Assembly: GCA_951406725.2 (NCBI GenBank)
Contig: OX597814.1
Coordinates: forward strand, 155,434,001-155,498,000
Reading direction: 5' to 3'
Length of the DNA: 64,000 nt
Source of the DNA: Octopus vulgaris
Taxonomy: Eukaryota
Part shown: positions 24,815 to 37,601 of the stretch, piece by piece
Numbering within the stretch: the first letter of the stretch is position 1
Layout: the number at the start of each line of letters is the position of its first letter
The notes under the pieces: generated by a model
The model's input: only the letters and a program-made list of their open reading frames with translations
What the model was told of the DNA's origin: nothing
Database searches by the model: none
Position numbers and translations under genes: made by a program

Positions 24815-27800
24815 CTAATATGATATCCGAGCTAAAGATGAGGAAACAAATGGGAGAGAAGGGTTTACGAATCCAAGATGGACAGATAATCAAGTCCTAC
24901 CTCTGGTCCCATGCTGTAGTGCTGACAGGGAAAGTGATGTGAGGGCAAATCGAAATGGAGTTGATACCCCCGTCAACGATGCTATCTCTGATGCCCTTTA
25001 TTCTGCTTGTTCCCCAACTCCCGCCCCTCAGACTTCACAGCTCAGCATCGTCTACACCAACTCGTGCTCCTTATTCCCAAAGTTCAGTGAACTATTTACA
25101 CTGGCCCTACGCGACTCCCCTGATGTGATAGCTATCACCGAGACTTGGCTGACTCCAGCAGTAAAGGACTCAGAGATCCACCTGCAGGGCTACGTCCTTT
25201 TCAGATGTGACAGAGGAAAAAGGCGAGGTGGAGGTGTTGCTGTGTATGTTAGGTCTCAGCACAAACCGTCCTGCGGTATTCTACCCACAAATGCTCAACC
25301 TACAACCAAATTCGATGCCGTCTATTGCAAGGTGAGCCTATCTGAGTTTTGCCTGCCCGTGTTGGCTGTCTACAGGCCGCCTCTAGCCGACCCCCAGGAC
25401 GATGCTCATCTACTCGAAGCGATAAGATTCGTTTCAGCTTCGCATGACTGTTTGGTACTAGGCGACTTCAACGCTCCCACGATCGATTGGCCCGCATCAA
25501 TTTGTACAACACCTTCCCGGTTCGGCCAGGCCCTTCTTAACGTGGCTGAAGATTGTTTTCTCTCGCAACATGTTGAATATCCGACAAGGCATCGGTCTGG
25601 GCAGCAGCCATCTATGCTAGATCTGGTATTCTCCCGCTATCCAAGATCAGTGTCAGACGTATCTGTGTGCGCCCCTCTTGCCAAGAGTGATCATGCGGTC
25701 CTGAAGTTCGTCATGCACACAACTTTTTCCACGCCCACGATTACTTCGCTGCCACATAGAGTCTTCTCTGCAATTAATCTTGAAATTCTAACCGAGGCTT
25801 GCGCGCTTCTGGACTGGCGTTCCCTGATGACGTTGTCCTCAGTTGACGAACTATGGTCATCCCTCAAAGCATATGTAATCTGTTTGACTGACCAGGCAGT
25901 TCCCGTTGGACTTCCCAAGAGGAAGAAACACAAGCCCTGGGTGACGAAGAAGGTTAAACGAGAACGTCGACTCAGAGATATTGCTTGGGCTGAATTCAAA
26001 AATCTGGATTCGACTGCAGCTTTTGAAGTGTACAAAACTCAACGAGACCGAGCCGTGAAAATTGAAAAGAAAGAACGCTTCAGTTATGAATACAAAATCG
26101 CGGCAAATGCCAGTAGCAATCCAAAAACCTTCTTTGCCCATGTCCAGCGGAATTCTCGCTTGAACAACCAGATTGCAACGTTGGTAGACTCAACAGGCGT
26201 ATCGATTGAGGACCCTTATCAACAGAGTCAATTATTTGCCGAGGCTTTTTCAACTATTTTCAAACAAGATGATGGTCGTGAACCCCCTCCATTTGATAGA
26301 TCGGTACCTCCAATGCTTCGATTGATCATCACGCGGGACCAAGTCAAACGTGTTATTCAAGGCCTCGATGTCAACAAGGGTCACGGCCCTGACGGCATAC
26401 ACCCACGGGTTATCAAAGCGTTGGCTCCGGTCATCTGCGAGCCCTTAACACGACTATTCAATATGTCATTGGCGACGGGTGTTATACCTGCAGACTGGAG
26501 AACAGCGATAATCTGCCCAATTTTCAAGAAAGGGAGCCGCGAAGACCCGCTTAACTACCGACCGGTTTCCCTTACATCAATAATCAGCAAGATGTTCGAA
26601 ACCATCCTTAAGAAAAGTATGATGCTCCACCTCCTAAACACAGCCTCGATCACTGATTCCCAACACGGCTTCGTGCCGAAGAGATCATGCTTGACCCACT
26701 TACTAGTAATGGAAGAATTGGTGACGCGCATCCTCGATGATAGTGATGCTGTTGACATCGTTTTATTGGACTTTGCCAAAGCTTTTGACTCAGTAAACCA
26801 CCGCCTACTACTTGTCAAGCTTCAAGCATATAGTTTCCATCCGGATATTGTACGATGGGTTAGTGCCTTCCTCTCAGATCGCTCCTTCCAAGTTCTAGTT
26901 AATGGTTCGCGGTCCGACGTCTCCAGTGCGAGCAGTGGCGTGCCTCAAGGTTCAGTGCTTGGGCCCTTGTTGTTCTTAGTCTTCATAAATGACCTGCCCG
27001 ACGACCTCACGCAACACACCCTTCTATTTGCCGACGATATCAAACTGGTCGCTCCTCGCGGTAGTATAGAGGATCTTCGTCGATGCCTCCACCAAATTTG
27101 GAAGTGGTCTAACGATTGGGACCTGTGTCTGAACGTGTCAAAGTGCTGTCATCTGCCTGTCGGCTCTACTCCTGCAACTCAACTTGATTTCGAGCCGGGT
27201 CGTCTGCTGCTGGAGAGGACCGATCAGGTAAAGGACCTGGGTATCTTGGTGGATTCCTCCTTTTCGCCTTCGGCCCAGTACGTCCATGCTGCCAACAAAG
27301 CGCGCGGAATTCTGTTTTTGATTCGACGGTCATTCGGAATGCTCACAGCAGCCATATTCCTGCCACTCTATGTCACGCTGGTGAGACCCATATTGGAGTA
27401 TGGGATTCAAGCCTCTTCTCCTTATCTCCTCAAAGACATACAGCACCTCGAAAGAGTCCAGAGGCTGGCTACCCGCATGGTTCATGGTCTCAAAAATTTG
27501 TCCTACGAAGAAAGGCTGAGGACGCTCGACCTTTATTCTCTTGAAAAACGCCGCCGCCGTGGTGATCTCATTCTCGCCCACAACATCATAAGCGGGAAGT
27601 GTAACCTCTCGAAAGAGCTGTTCTTCACTCCTGATCCGGAGCGTCGGCTGCGGGGTCATTCCGAAAAGCTCTACCTGTAACGATTTCATCTCAATCGAAG
27701 GAGAGGAGCTTTCTCCGTCCGGGTTGCGGATCCGTGGAACAAGCTGCCAGACGAGATGGTGAAGATGCCGACGACCGCTTTGTTCAAAGCCTCCCTGGAC

Positions 27801-27891
27801 CTCAAGTGGCCTGAACTCTTTACATGAACACCACCCTGTACTTAACTCCATGTCCCCCTACATGGCCTTGCTATTTGCTTTTGAGCCAAAT

Positions 27892-27926
<35 letters not shown>

Positions 27927-27928
27927 TT
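24815..27928 (+). mobile_element. CR1-type LINE, 5'-truncated inside ORF1, with (TAAC)n tail
   Basis: ORF1 C-terminus ISELKMRKQMGEKGLRIQDGQII..VM* (24823-24942) overlaps ORF2; short 3' UTR; tail ttaactaactaac.. at 27891-27926; visibly more GC-rich than the flanks. Confidence 0.92.
24939..27827 (+). CDS. LINE ORF2: APE endonuclease + reverse transcriptase, interrupted by one in-frame TAA at 27678-27680
   Basis: APE motifs YTN, ITETWL, GGGV, YRPP, GDFN, LDL, SDH; RT motifs GPDGI, NYRPVSLTS, QHGF, LDFAKAFD, GVPQGSVLGP, FADD, KDLG; frame continues 48 codons past the TAA (RFHLNRRRGAFSVRVADPWNKLP..FKASLD..*) to TGA 27825-27827. Confidence 0.93.
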
Positions 27929-28124
27929 AAAACTGTTTAAAATATAATAAATTACAAGTATTAACATTTACATGTTTTATCAGACACGCTATTCCATCAC
28001 CAAGAATTTAAAGAGACTATCTTAACTATTGATGACGTAGTGAGCAATTACTACTTCTTCACTTGTCTCAAACAATATTTGTGTCTTAGTAAGAGAATAA
28101 CTAGAATCGTAAACATTCCAAATC

Positions 28125-28735
28125 CTTACAAATATTTGCTAAGTTGAAGACTAGATATTGTCCCATATTTATTTAAAATTTCAAGTTTCCCAACCAAACA
28201 GCGATAACAAGTTTTAACTAATTTACCATATTTATACCCTCGTTTTACTAAATGTCTTAGCAGTTTATTTATTCTTTCCAACAATTTATTTGCATTATTA
28301 ATAGTAGTACTATATCTAACAATTTGCCCTGCAAATCACCATAAACAATAAAAGAAGGAATTCTATTACTGAACCATGGCATCGAAGCCACTTGTGAACC
28401 AAAATCTTCTGTTTTACTATAAATGTCAGTACATATTTCAGTAATATCCTTAATGACTAAATTGACATCTGAATAATTAATATTTCCTATATTGTTGCCA
28501 TTTCTGGTGGCTATAAGCTCACTAGGGTATATTTTACTGAGTAAAAACTCAAAGAAACCATAATTATGTATAAATATATCTTCTATGTATCTGCAGCATC
28601 CATCAAGTTCTTTAAGTAAACCCATCTATTTCCTGGCATGAAGAAAGATAAAGGTCCACCAATAGGGGGCTATAATTGCCACCTATTGGAATTCCCCTAA
28701 CCTTCTCAAATACCCTACCCGCAAACATTTACAAA
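28125..28735 (-). pseudogene. PLE reverse transcriptase C-half with no C-terminal endonuclease (Naiad-like)
   Basis: MFAGRVFEKVRGIPIGGNYSPLLVDLYL..RYIEDIF..IYPSEL..DIYSKTEDF..RIPSFIVYG..LRHLVKRGY..YL*. Confidence 0.8.
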
Positions 28736-28992
28736 CGAAGTATATATGTATGCAATTAAGTGTTTGTATGTATGTGTATGTTTATCTGTCTATACATACA
28801 CACACTCACACATACACACACATACACACAAATATGCAAGCACTCACACGCAAGCACACATACTCACCCATACAAACGCATGCAAACACACATACACGCA
28901 CATGCGAATACACTCACACGCACACACACACGAACGCACACACAAACACACACATATACACACATGCACACACGCGCAACGCATACCGACGC

Positions 28993-29116
28993 GCACACGC
29001 ATACACACACTCGCACACGCATACACACACTCGCACACGCATACACACACTCGCACACGCATACACACACTCGCACACGCATACACACACTCGCACACGC
29101 ATACACACACTCGCAC
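28993..29116. repeat. 20-bp minisatellite GCACACGCATACACACACTC x6
   Basis: Six exact tandem copies inside a CA-rich tract. Confidence 0.9.
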
Positions 29117-29849
29117 ATTCATATGTATATGTATATATACATTATATATATATATATATGTATATATAATTATATATGCGCATACATCTTTATGTGTATA
29201 AAAATATATTTACATATTTGCGTGTATACGTATTTATATACAAAGCCACATACATATAAACATATGAATATACATAATTCTTATGTATATATATATACAA
29301 ACATACTTGCATACACACACATATACGCTCAGTCACTCATACATACACATATAATAAGTTATATAATTGACTAAGAATGTTCTTAGATCTAGAGAGATAT
29401 GCGCAACATGATAAATATGTAATGTCACCAGGAAATAAATTTTGCTGTAAAAACAATGTGATGTCTTTTGAATATAAAACATGTACATAAAATATTTTAG
29501 ATTGTGGAAAGTGATAAATTAAATAAATTACAATTTCTGTAATATCAGATGGACTTTATATAATTGCTTAGACTCTGGAACTATATAGAATTTTGAAAGT
29601 TCTCGATACTGAAACTTTCAGTTAAAATTGCCTAGTTTTGCTAATATAATAAAGTATAAAGTACAGGAAATAGCACCGTAACTTTACAGTTCTTGTGTCT
29701 AATTTATCCCCGAGATACTGGTTCAGATAATGTTTTTATGTTATGCATCCAATTATACTCGTATAATTATCTACAACACTTATACAGGAAAAATAACTTA
29801 TTCTTCATAGCCAATCTATTAGTGGCAACGTGAAGATTTGTAAGACATT

Positions 29850-30760
29850 CCATAAATGCATACACTTGGGTGAATGCATCGACAGTTAAATCAGCACACC
29901 AACTCAACCACATAATTACAGACAACGGGTATTCTCTTAACTCAAAAAGTCTTGTAACTTTGTTAGCAACTAACTTGAACTCTCTTAAGAGACTTTAAAA
30001 ACCTAGGCCTTAGTATTTCCATCTGTAACAATCTTAAAACAGCTAATTTCTTAGACATCACTGTAGTTTTATAAAACCAAACCTATCCATACAACAAACC
30101 TAGCGAGAACCTCAACTACATCAACTTTTCCTCTAACCACCCACCATCCGTTCTAAAATCTGTTGTAGCGAGCGTATCCAACTAGATTTCCTCACTGTCC
30201 GCCAATAATGAAATATTTTACCAATACCTCGAATATTATATTTGTGCTCTTCAATGCGCCGTTTATAAAAATTTCATCGAATACATTTAATCGAATAAGC
30301 CTCTTTCCACTAAACCCAGAACCAAGAACAGTTCCACCCCACCCAAACAGAGCATTAAATATCCCCCATAAATCTCTGATTATCCTTCAAAATTTCAAAG
30401 TAATAGACGACCTAAAAGACAATCCTCCCATCAGATAATCCCAAACCCTAAATATGTGACCACCCACTGAAATCGACATTAGCCCGCGCCTCCAAAGCTC
30501 TGTCCACACTCCAATAACCCCTGTAGTCGGAATAAGCGAACAAGAACCCGTGACGCTCTCTAGTTCCACCAAACTTCACTCTTAATCTTTGGACCCGAGT
30601 ACCCAAACTCTTCACTTTACTTTAAAAAGACATTTCCCTAAATGCAGCCCACGTAGAAAAATCTTTAACCCCAATCTACAAAATTGACTTACTCCACCAC
30701 CATCACCACCAACAGTGCCTGAGTAATCCGACATCTTAACAAGAAGAAACTCAGAAACCC
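29850..30760 (+). mobile_element. PLE RT thumb/linker remnant
   Basis: FKNLGLSISICNNLKTANFLDITV..PYNKPSENLNYINFSSNHPPSVLKSVV..ISSLSANNEIF and RHFPKCSPRRKIFNPN at about 30630. Confidence 0.8.
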
Positions 30761-31984
30761 ACAACTAGTCAACATTCACCCTAATAGCATAACTCACCAT
30801 ATCTTCCAGCTCCATGCATATAAATCCAGAACACAAATAAACCCCCTTACCAACACTAACTCTCAAATTTCCTACCATAATTCCATTACTAACGTCGAAT
30901 CCTTAAACCTACCTCACGACATAACCATATCTCACACAGAAACTTACCAGCACATACGCCTATATGTACCTCTATTGGATCATACAGTACACACACGCGC
31001 GCTCAACAATATATACTCCTTAATTCTCAGATTTTAGTAATTACTATCATAGCTCCACCTCTCTAGACTTTCAATTTCGTTACTATACCATCTCTCTAAG
31101 CATAAAAGTTTTCCTCCCTTCGAATACAAATAATTTTTACCCCACCCTCCCTTTTATCTACAATATTCTAATCAAATATCATTCCCAATTCCTATCTCTC
31201 TGGCTCAGCCTAAATGGCCCTGTTGAAAACCATCTGTGAAATGACAGCGCTTAAAATATTTAGTTGTAAACTCTCTCACTCCCTTATATATATTTTCTTT
31301 GTTCTTCCTTAGATTCTTAATTTCTCTTTACAATTATATTCTCCACTCAAACTGTGCTTTCTGTGCATTGAATCCTCTGTATACTAACATAGGCCTCCTA
31401 ACGGCAAGTTAAAGCTCGCGAGGTTCCGTTCACTATGAAGCATATATAACCCGGACTTCACTCTATTCCTTAACTCGTGTGTGTGCGTGACAAACAGTGT
31501 TGAAAACTAGCGTTGGTGTGTTTGCGTCCCCATAGCGTACGGGGACCGAGAAAATAAATACCATTCTGAAAAAAATAGTCTTGGTTCGTGAGTGTGGGGG
31601 TGGGGAGTCTGTTTAATCGACTAAAAATTCAAGCCGGTGCCCCAGGATGGCTGCAGTCCAATGACTGAAACAAGTAAAAGATAAAGTGTCATTGCAAAAA
31701 TTCAATATATATCCCTAACAAGAGAAAAGAAAAACTCTCCAAGTTTAAACTCTGGAAATACAGATAAACAGCCGATGAGCTGGAGTTAATACATCATCAA
31801 TATTCTTAATAATAGCTGTTTTCGGAATGATCAAAACGAAGATATATACAAATATATAACGAAAATCGTAGACTTCAACATTTTTCCTAAGATCAGAAAA
31901 TATCTCTAGACACTGTACACATATTATATATAGGACATTCACTGCAATGGAAAAGCACACACATACACACGCATACACACACAA

Positions 31985-32021
<37 letters not shown>

Positions 32022-32138
32022 GCACATACAAAGCACAAATTTGAGCCAAAAATCAAGCAATAACAATAAACCAGTGAAAAGATTGTAATGATAACAACAA
32101 CAACAATAACAATGATAATGATGATGATGATGATATTG

Positions 32139-32139
<1 letters not shown>

Positions 32140-32179
<40 letters not shown>

Positions 32180-32224
32180 AGGATCCTGAAAATAAAAATA
32201 AACACTACTACTACTACTTATAGT

Positions 32225-32302
<78 letters not shown>

Positions 32303-32335
32303 GATAGTAATAATAATAATGATAATAATAAATAG
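32140..32335. repeat. opposed (ATT)n and (AAT)n microsatellites
   Basis: (TTA)n at about 32143-32178 and (AAT)n at about 32228-32332, separated by about 50 bp. Confidence 0.9.
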
Positions 32336-32640
32336 TAAGCTCAAATACAGATTGTGTATGGCGTTGAAAACAATAATTAAGTGCTATTCATTTGTAATCT
32401 CTTAGAATTTTATCAGACTTGCATCTCTGTGAAAGGAATGGTGGTGGTTGTGGCTTTAAGAGACTGAATTTACTTTCTTCTTTTTGTAAATATTTATTTC
32501 GCTGCTTATCAACAATGACCTCATTAACAAGTTAAATTAATAACTATTATAAGCATATAGACCTTCTTACACAAATACCAACACACACACACACACATGT
32601 TCCACCACACACATACAAACCTACATACATATAGGTATGA

Positions 32641-32690
<50 letters not shown>

Positions 32691-32836
32691 AATTGTTATA
32701 TTACCTTTATGCTAGAATGAGAAACATTATTCTGAAACGTCATTCCGATTAGCATTTAGCCTATTTTTAATGATTTTAATGTTAGATTCGTGTTTCTGTT
32801 ATCCTTCACTTTGCATTTTGTAGGTTTTTCAAGTAC

Positions 32837-32904
<68 letters not shown>

Positions 32905-33289
32905 ATGTATGTATGTATGTATGTATGTATGTATGTATGTATATTTGTATGCATGCATGCATGTATGCATGTATGCATGTATTTATGTATGAATGTATGT
33001 CTGTTTGTCTGTATGTATGCATGCATGTATGTATGTATGTATGTATGTATGTATGTATGTATGTATGTATGTATGTATGTATGTATGCATGTATGTATGT
33101 ACGTATGTATGTATCTGTGTATGTTCCCTTCCGTTTTTCATTATTGAAATTCTTCCTTTGAGGAAGGAGCTGGTTTATAACAAAGATACAAAGCTCCATC
33201 TTGGGAATGTTGATAAGATAAAAAAAAAGAAATAAAACAAAACACATTTTAGCCTTGTGCAAAATCTTGTATATGTTTTTACAGATAGT

Positions 33290-34835
33290 ATTCGTAATGT
33301 ACGAATTATGTAACTGATATCTTTGTCTGAAAGCCCTACCTTATCCAGATTATCACTTAGTCATTTACTCCCAAAAACCGAGCTTACCAATTGTTATCGA
33401 CATAAATGTGAATTCATAACCTGGCCGTTTCGAAGTAGTTGTCCATAATTATCCTCTTTCTCTTTTAATTTCAAAGAGATATTCACATCAATAGGACAAC
33501 TGACCTTTATGACGGTACACACTTTTACTTGCTGCCCCAATCAACAATATACAGTGTGTTATGTTTACACTTGACATATGATTTTATGGGAATGTTTCAT
33601 TGGTATTCCTTGGTAAGTATTCAAGAACGCGTTGATTCTCAATATTTATTTTAGTTCAGTCTTTTTTCTAAATGACATTGTATATTGGTTTTTGTGTCAA
33701 TGTCGTGTCGCATAAGGATGTTGAACCTTGATGACATTTAGGGACAGCTGCTAATCAAATGTATGATATCTACAGAAACATGACATATTCTAAAATTTTT
33801 GTTTGCATTTTAGAGTTCCAAGAGCTTTACTGTCTCTTTTGTTTGTTAGGTATTTCGTAGCAGTCTCCTATTCTTGCATTGCATACGCATATCAGTCACT
33901 CGTCCAAGAAAGGCTTTGTTTCAGGTTGATAACTATGTCTTCGTCAAGCATTCGAAAAACTTACCCATGCATGGTCAATGTTTTGCAATGCTAAGCGTTT
34001 CACATCCAATAATTTTTGAGGTATATTACTCCGTCTGTTTTGGGGTTGTATAGGAAGTCTTCAAGACAACGTTACTTTCCATGGAGCTCCCTGCCGATAC
34101 GCAGGATACTGTTCTTTTCCCTTTTCAGCATGTATTTTTGCTGTTGTTGATTAGAAGGCGATGTCTGAGAGACTATACGACATTCGAAGGCTTTCTACAC
34201 TGATCTCAAAACTCTACCTCCTTTGTTTCTTCTCGAGTAGGGCTTGTCGATATCACTATTTTGGGGGATATTTCATATTTCAAGAGAAAATCAGTCACCA
34301 GTGATATAGGTCCGTTGTATATAAATTCATTATCTGCAAGAGTATTAGCTTAAAACAGCAATCTTCGTATCATGCTTAATGTAGATACATCATGGAACGC
34401 TTGATATATTACACGTATTGCTATTTGAAACTAACATCGGATACCTGAAATTCCAACCCAGCTTCGGTTAAAAAAGAGGTACAAAATCATAGTGGAAGAT
34501 TAAAACATGTCACATATAATAGATTATACTTATAATGTAGGCATTGAAATTGAACACCAGGCAAACAAAACACGATACAATTAGGAATGGATGGGCTGAA
34601 TCGTTTAAAGTGACCCTAATATTTGACTGATACTTCATTTCATCGGGAGGAATTGCAAAACTGACCAGTGGAATTTGGACAAGAAACGTAAAAACCAGAA
34701 CAAATACCATTATATCTGATGCTTTATCAATACTGTAAACCCACTGTCCTAAAGGTAAAAGAAGCACATGACAATGTCAATATACATATCACTACCAGTC
34801 TCATCAGCATCTCACCAGCTACAACTATAATATGT

Positions 34836-34866
<31 letters not shown>

Positions 34867-36370
34867 AACACACACGCACATAGAAATTACTAGAGGATAC
34901 TTGGATATATTCAACACAAACCTTCACAGACAGATGATATTGAAACGGTCATTGTCTAAATCGAAGATCCACAGGTCAACTTATAATATAAATACTTAGG
35001 GTTTGGCATTGATATTATAGAGCAAGAAAATTTTCCGCCTTGTTTGTCTTTTTATTGGATCAGTTCCTTTCTATCCAGTTTTCGCTATTGGTATATTTTT
35101 CTTATTTTTCCTTACGTATTTTCTTTATTTTATATATTGATACGAATAGCCTCACATAAGTTTAGTTTAAATCTTTATCAATTCACAACAAAACAACAAT
35201 ATTCCGCATAACAAAGAGAAAAATCAACAACAAGCAATAGAAAGCGAACCAAAGATACACACTTTAAAATGAAATGGATATTTGAAAAGTTTACGATCAC
35301 ATTTTTTCTAAAATCACCGCAATACACTTCGGAAAAATTACAACACGCTGGCTAGTAAACAACTTTCCAGGTCACCTGACCTTTTTTCTTAAATTCATAA
35401 AGCAATCATATGATGGAGAATAATTGGCCATAACAGTTGCAAACCTTCACTGATAGATAATATTGAAGCAATCATTGTCTAAATCGAAGATCCACAGACC
35501 AACTTATGATTTGGTATTGGTATTATACAACTAGTAAATTTTCCGCATTGTTTTTTTTTTATTGGCACAGTTCCTTTCTATCCAGTTTTTACTATGGGTA
35601 TATTTTTCACATTATGTATTTTCCTCAAGTATTTTCTTTATTTCATTTGTCCCAGATGACGCTATCTGATATTTTCTTCCTAAATTATTTTTCTGTTTGT
35701 AACTTAGCTTCACATTTTCCAGCTGGAGATCAACAGCGTCAGATTCACCTGCCTAAAATGTCTGCAAAGGTTAATGGAATACATCATTCTAATTTCATTA
35801 CCTTAAAATAGTTGTTTATAATACTGAAGTGCTATTTAGGTCTTCTATTTTGGTTTCAGAGAGTTGATACATTATTTTTGGAATGCTGTGCTTATGTTCA
35901 TTGTTTCCAATATCCAAAACAATGGTATATTGTGAAAGTATTCTGATAATTAATCCGTGCCATACTTACATTATTGTTCTTCGTTTTGCTGATTTAAAAT
36001 GATACTTGTTACAAAAATAGTCTTTATTTTTGTACATTTGATCTAATGGCAAATTTCATTGTTTTGCAGGAAGCACTCTACCTACTTGAGAATACGCAGC
36101 CATCAGAGTTTTGAATATTTATGGAAAAACAGATTAGTGTCCTGTAATTTTTGAGATCCTGGTATATTTGTTTACGGAAATTTGTATGGTACTCTTCAGT
36201 GGTAATCCATTAGTTATTGTTTATTGTATTTTCAGTTAATTAATTGCTGTTGCTGCTGCAGTATTATATAGAGAGATTAAGCAGGTCTGTGCCAAGACTA
36301 GCTGTTGACTCAAACACCGCCCGGCAATGGTATTCCATCGATGTTTCCTTGTATGACGGTTCATTAAAAA
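33290..36370 (-). mobile_element. decayed R4/Dong-type non-LTR retrotransposon (CCHC finger + restriction-like endonuclease), interrupted by other repeats
   Basis: Minus remnants AMQE*ETATKYL..KC..RICH..IIHLISSCP*MSSR..RHD and KCKHN..VCTVIKVSCPIDVNISLKLKEKEDNYGQLLR..ITIGKLG; the upstream part (34900-36370) is far more decayed. Confidence 0.65.
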
Positions 36371-36747
36371 AATGATAATTACAAAGTATGAAATAAATCA
36401 TTCAAAGTTCAGCTTTTCCCCACTGCAGACCCAATAACGATATTAAATGCTACTTGTATTTAAAAAAATAATAATCTATTTAAGCCTGAACAGCATTAAG
36501 AAATATGAGTAAATTGCATAATTATAATTAAGTTAGCAGTAAATTTCTGGGGCCTGGTGTAACTATACAATTTGCACTATGGTAAAAAAAAGACCCTGTG
36601 GTGCGTCTGTCTTTGGTGCCCTTATATTACATACCGGTTAATATGTGAGTATTCCTAAATTCTCTGATATTATGCTGGATCATGCATTTAAAGTCATCGT
36701 AGTTGTTTTCTCTTTTTGTTCCACGTCTGTTGTGTCTCTGTGTTGTA

Positions 36748-37601
36748 CGAGGTCTGATCAATAAGTATCCGGATTTGCCATAGTAATGAAGCTAAAGTAC
36801 TCGGTGTGAAACCGCATGGCAAAAATTGATCTTGAACTCTGTTGTGCATGCACACTAAGTTTTGTCGTTCTAGATCACATCTGCTGTTTACAGCAGTGCT
36901 TAGAAAGAAGGTGTGTAGCGTGTGATCGTTGCATTGACCATGACAGACAAAGTTATCATGATGATATCTGCTCTGAGGCCTACGCAAAGTTGCAGAAAGT
37001 GTATGGAGAGGTGTGTATGAGTTACATACAAGTGTACGAGTAGTTCAGACGTTTCCAAAATGGTCGAAAAATGTTGATTTTAACGAACGTTCGAGGAGAC
37101 CCGCATCCAGCAGAACTGAGAAAAACATCGCAGTTCTGCGTGCAGCTGAGAGGGGAAATCGTCAAATCACCATCTGTGAGTTATCAGAGGATGTGCAGAT
37201 TAGTTGCAGTTCAGTTCAGTCCATTATCACTGAAGATTTGGGCACGAGACTCATGTCTGCCAAGTTTGTGGCAAAACCGCTTTCAGCAGACCAAAAAACA
37301 CTCGGGTTGCAGTTGCACAAAATCTCCTTTATTGTGTCGAAAAGTTTGCGTAGGCCGCTGAGCAGGTATCGCCTAGCTACTGGGAAAATGTGATGCATTT
37401 CTCTGCTCAAATTTGTGCGACGATCACACGCTTCACACTTTCCTTCCATGCAATGCTGTCAACGGGAAGTGAGGTAGAACGTTCAAACTTTGTGTGCATG
37501 CACAACAGAGTTCAACGTCAATCTTTGCCCAGCGGCTTAACTTCGCGTGCTTTAGCTTCGTTACTATGGCAACAGACCAGATACTTATTGATCAGATCAC
37601 G
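36748..37601 (+). mobile_element. internally deleted mariner element with long TIRs and TA target duplication
   Basis: TA|cgaggtctgatcaataagtatc..gatacttattgatcagatcacg|TA; imperfect TIRs of about 190 bp; internal HTH remnants LQKVYGEVCMS..VYE*FRRF..ERSRRP..ITICELSEDV..IITEDLG..SAKFV..LSADQK. Confidence 0.9.

Noticed and set aside
25691-27851. Antisense ORFs within the LINE (114, 94, 87 and 173 aa)
   Set aside because: Shadow frames of a GC-rich ORF2 with no recognisable motifs
24806-27941. tgtttaaa on both sides of the CR1 LINE as a target-site duplication
   Set aside because: 8 bp of AT-rich sequence, not flush with the tail; chance cannot be excluded
28993-29116. Regular 20-bp repeats as a CRISPR-like array
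   Set aside because: Head-to-tail units with no spacers, eukaryotic context and no cas genes
32715-32760. gagaa-acatta-ttct-GAAACGTC as a hammerhead
   Set aside because: CUGA box absent; at most a deleted relic
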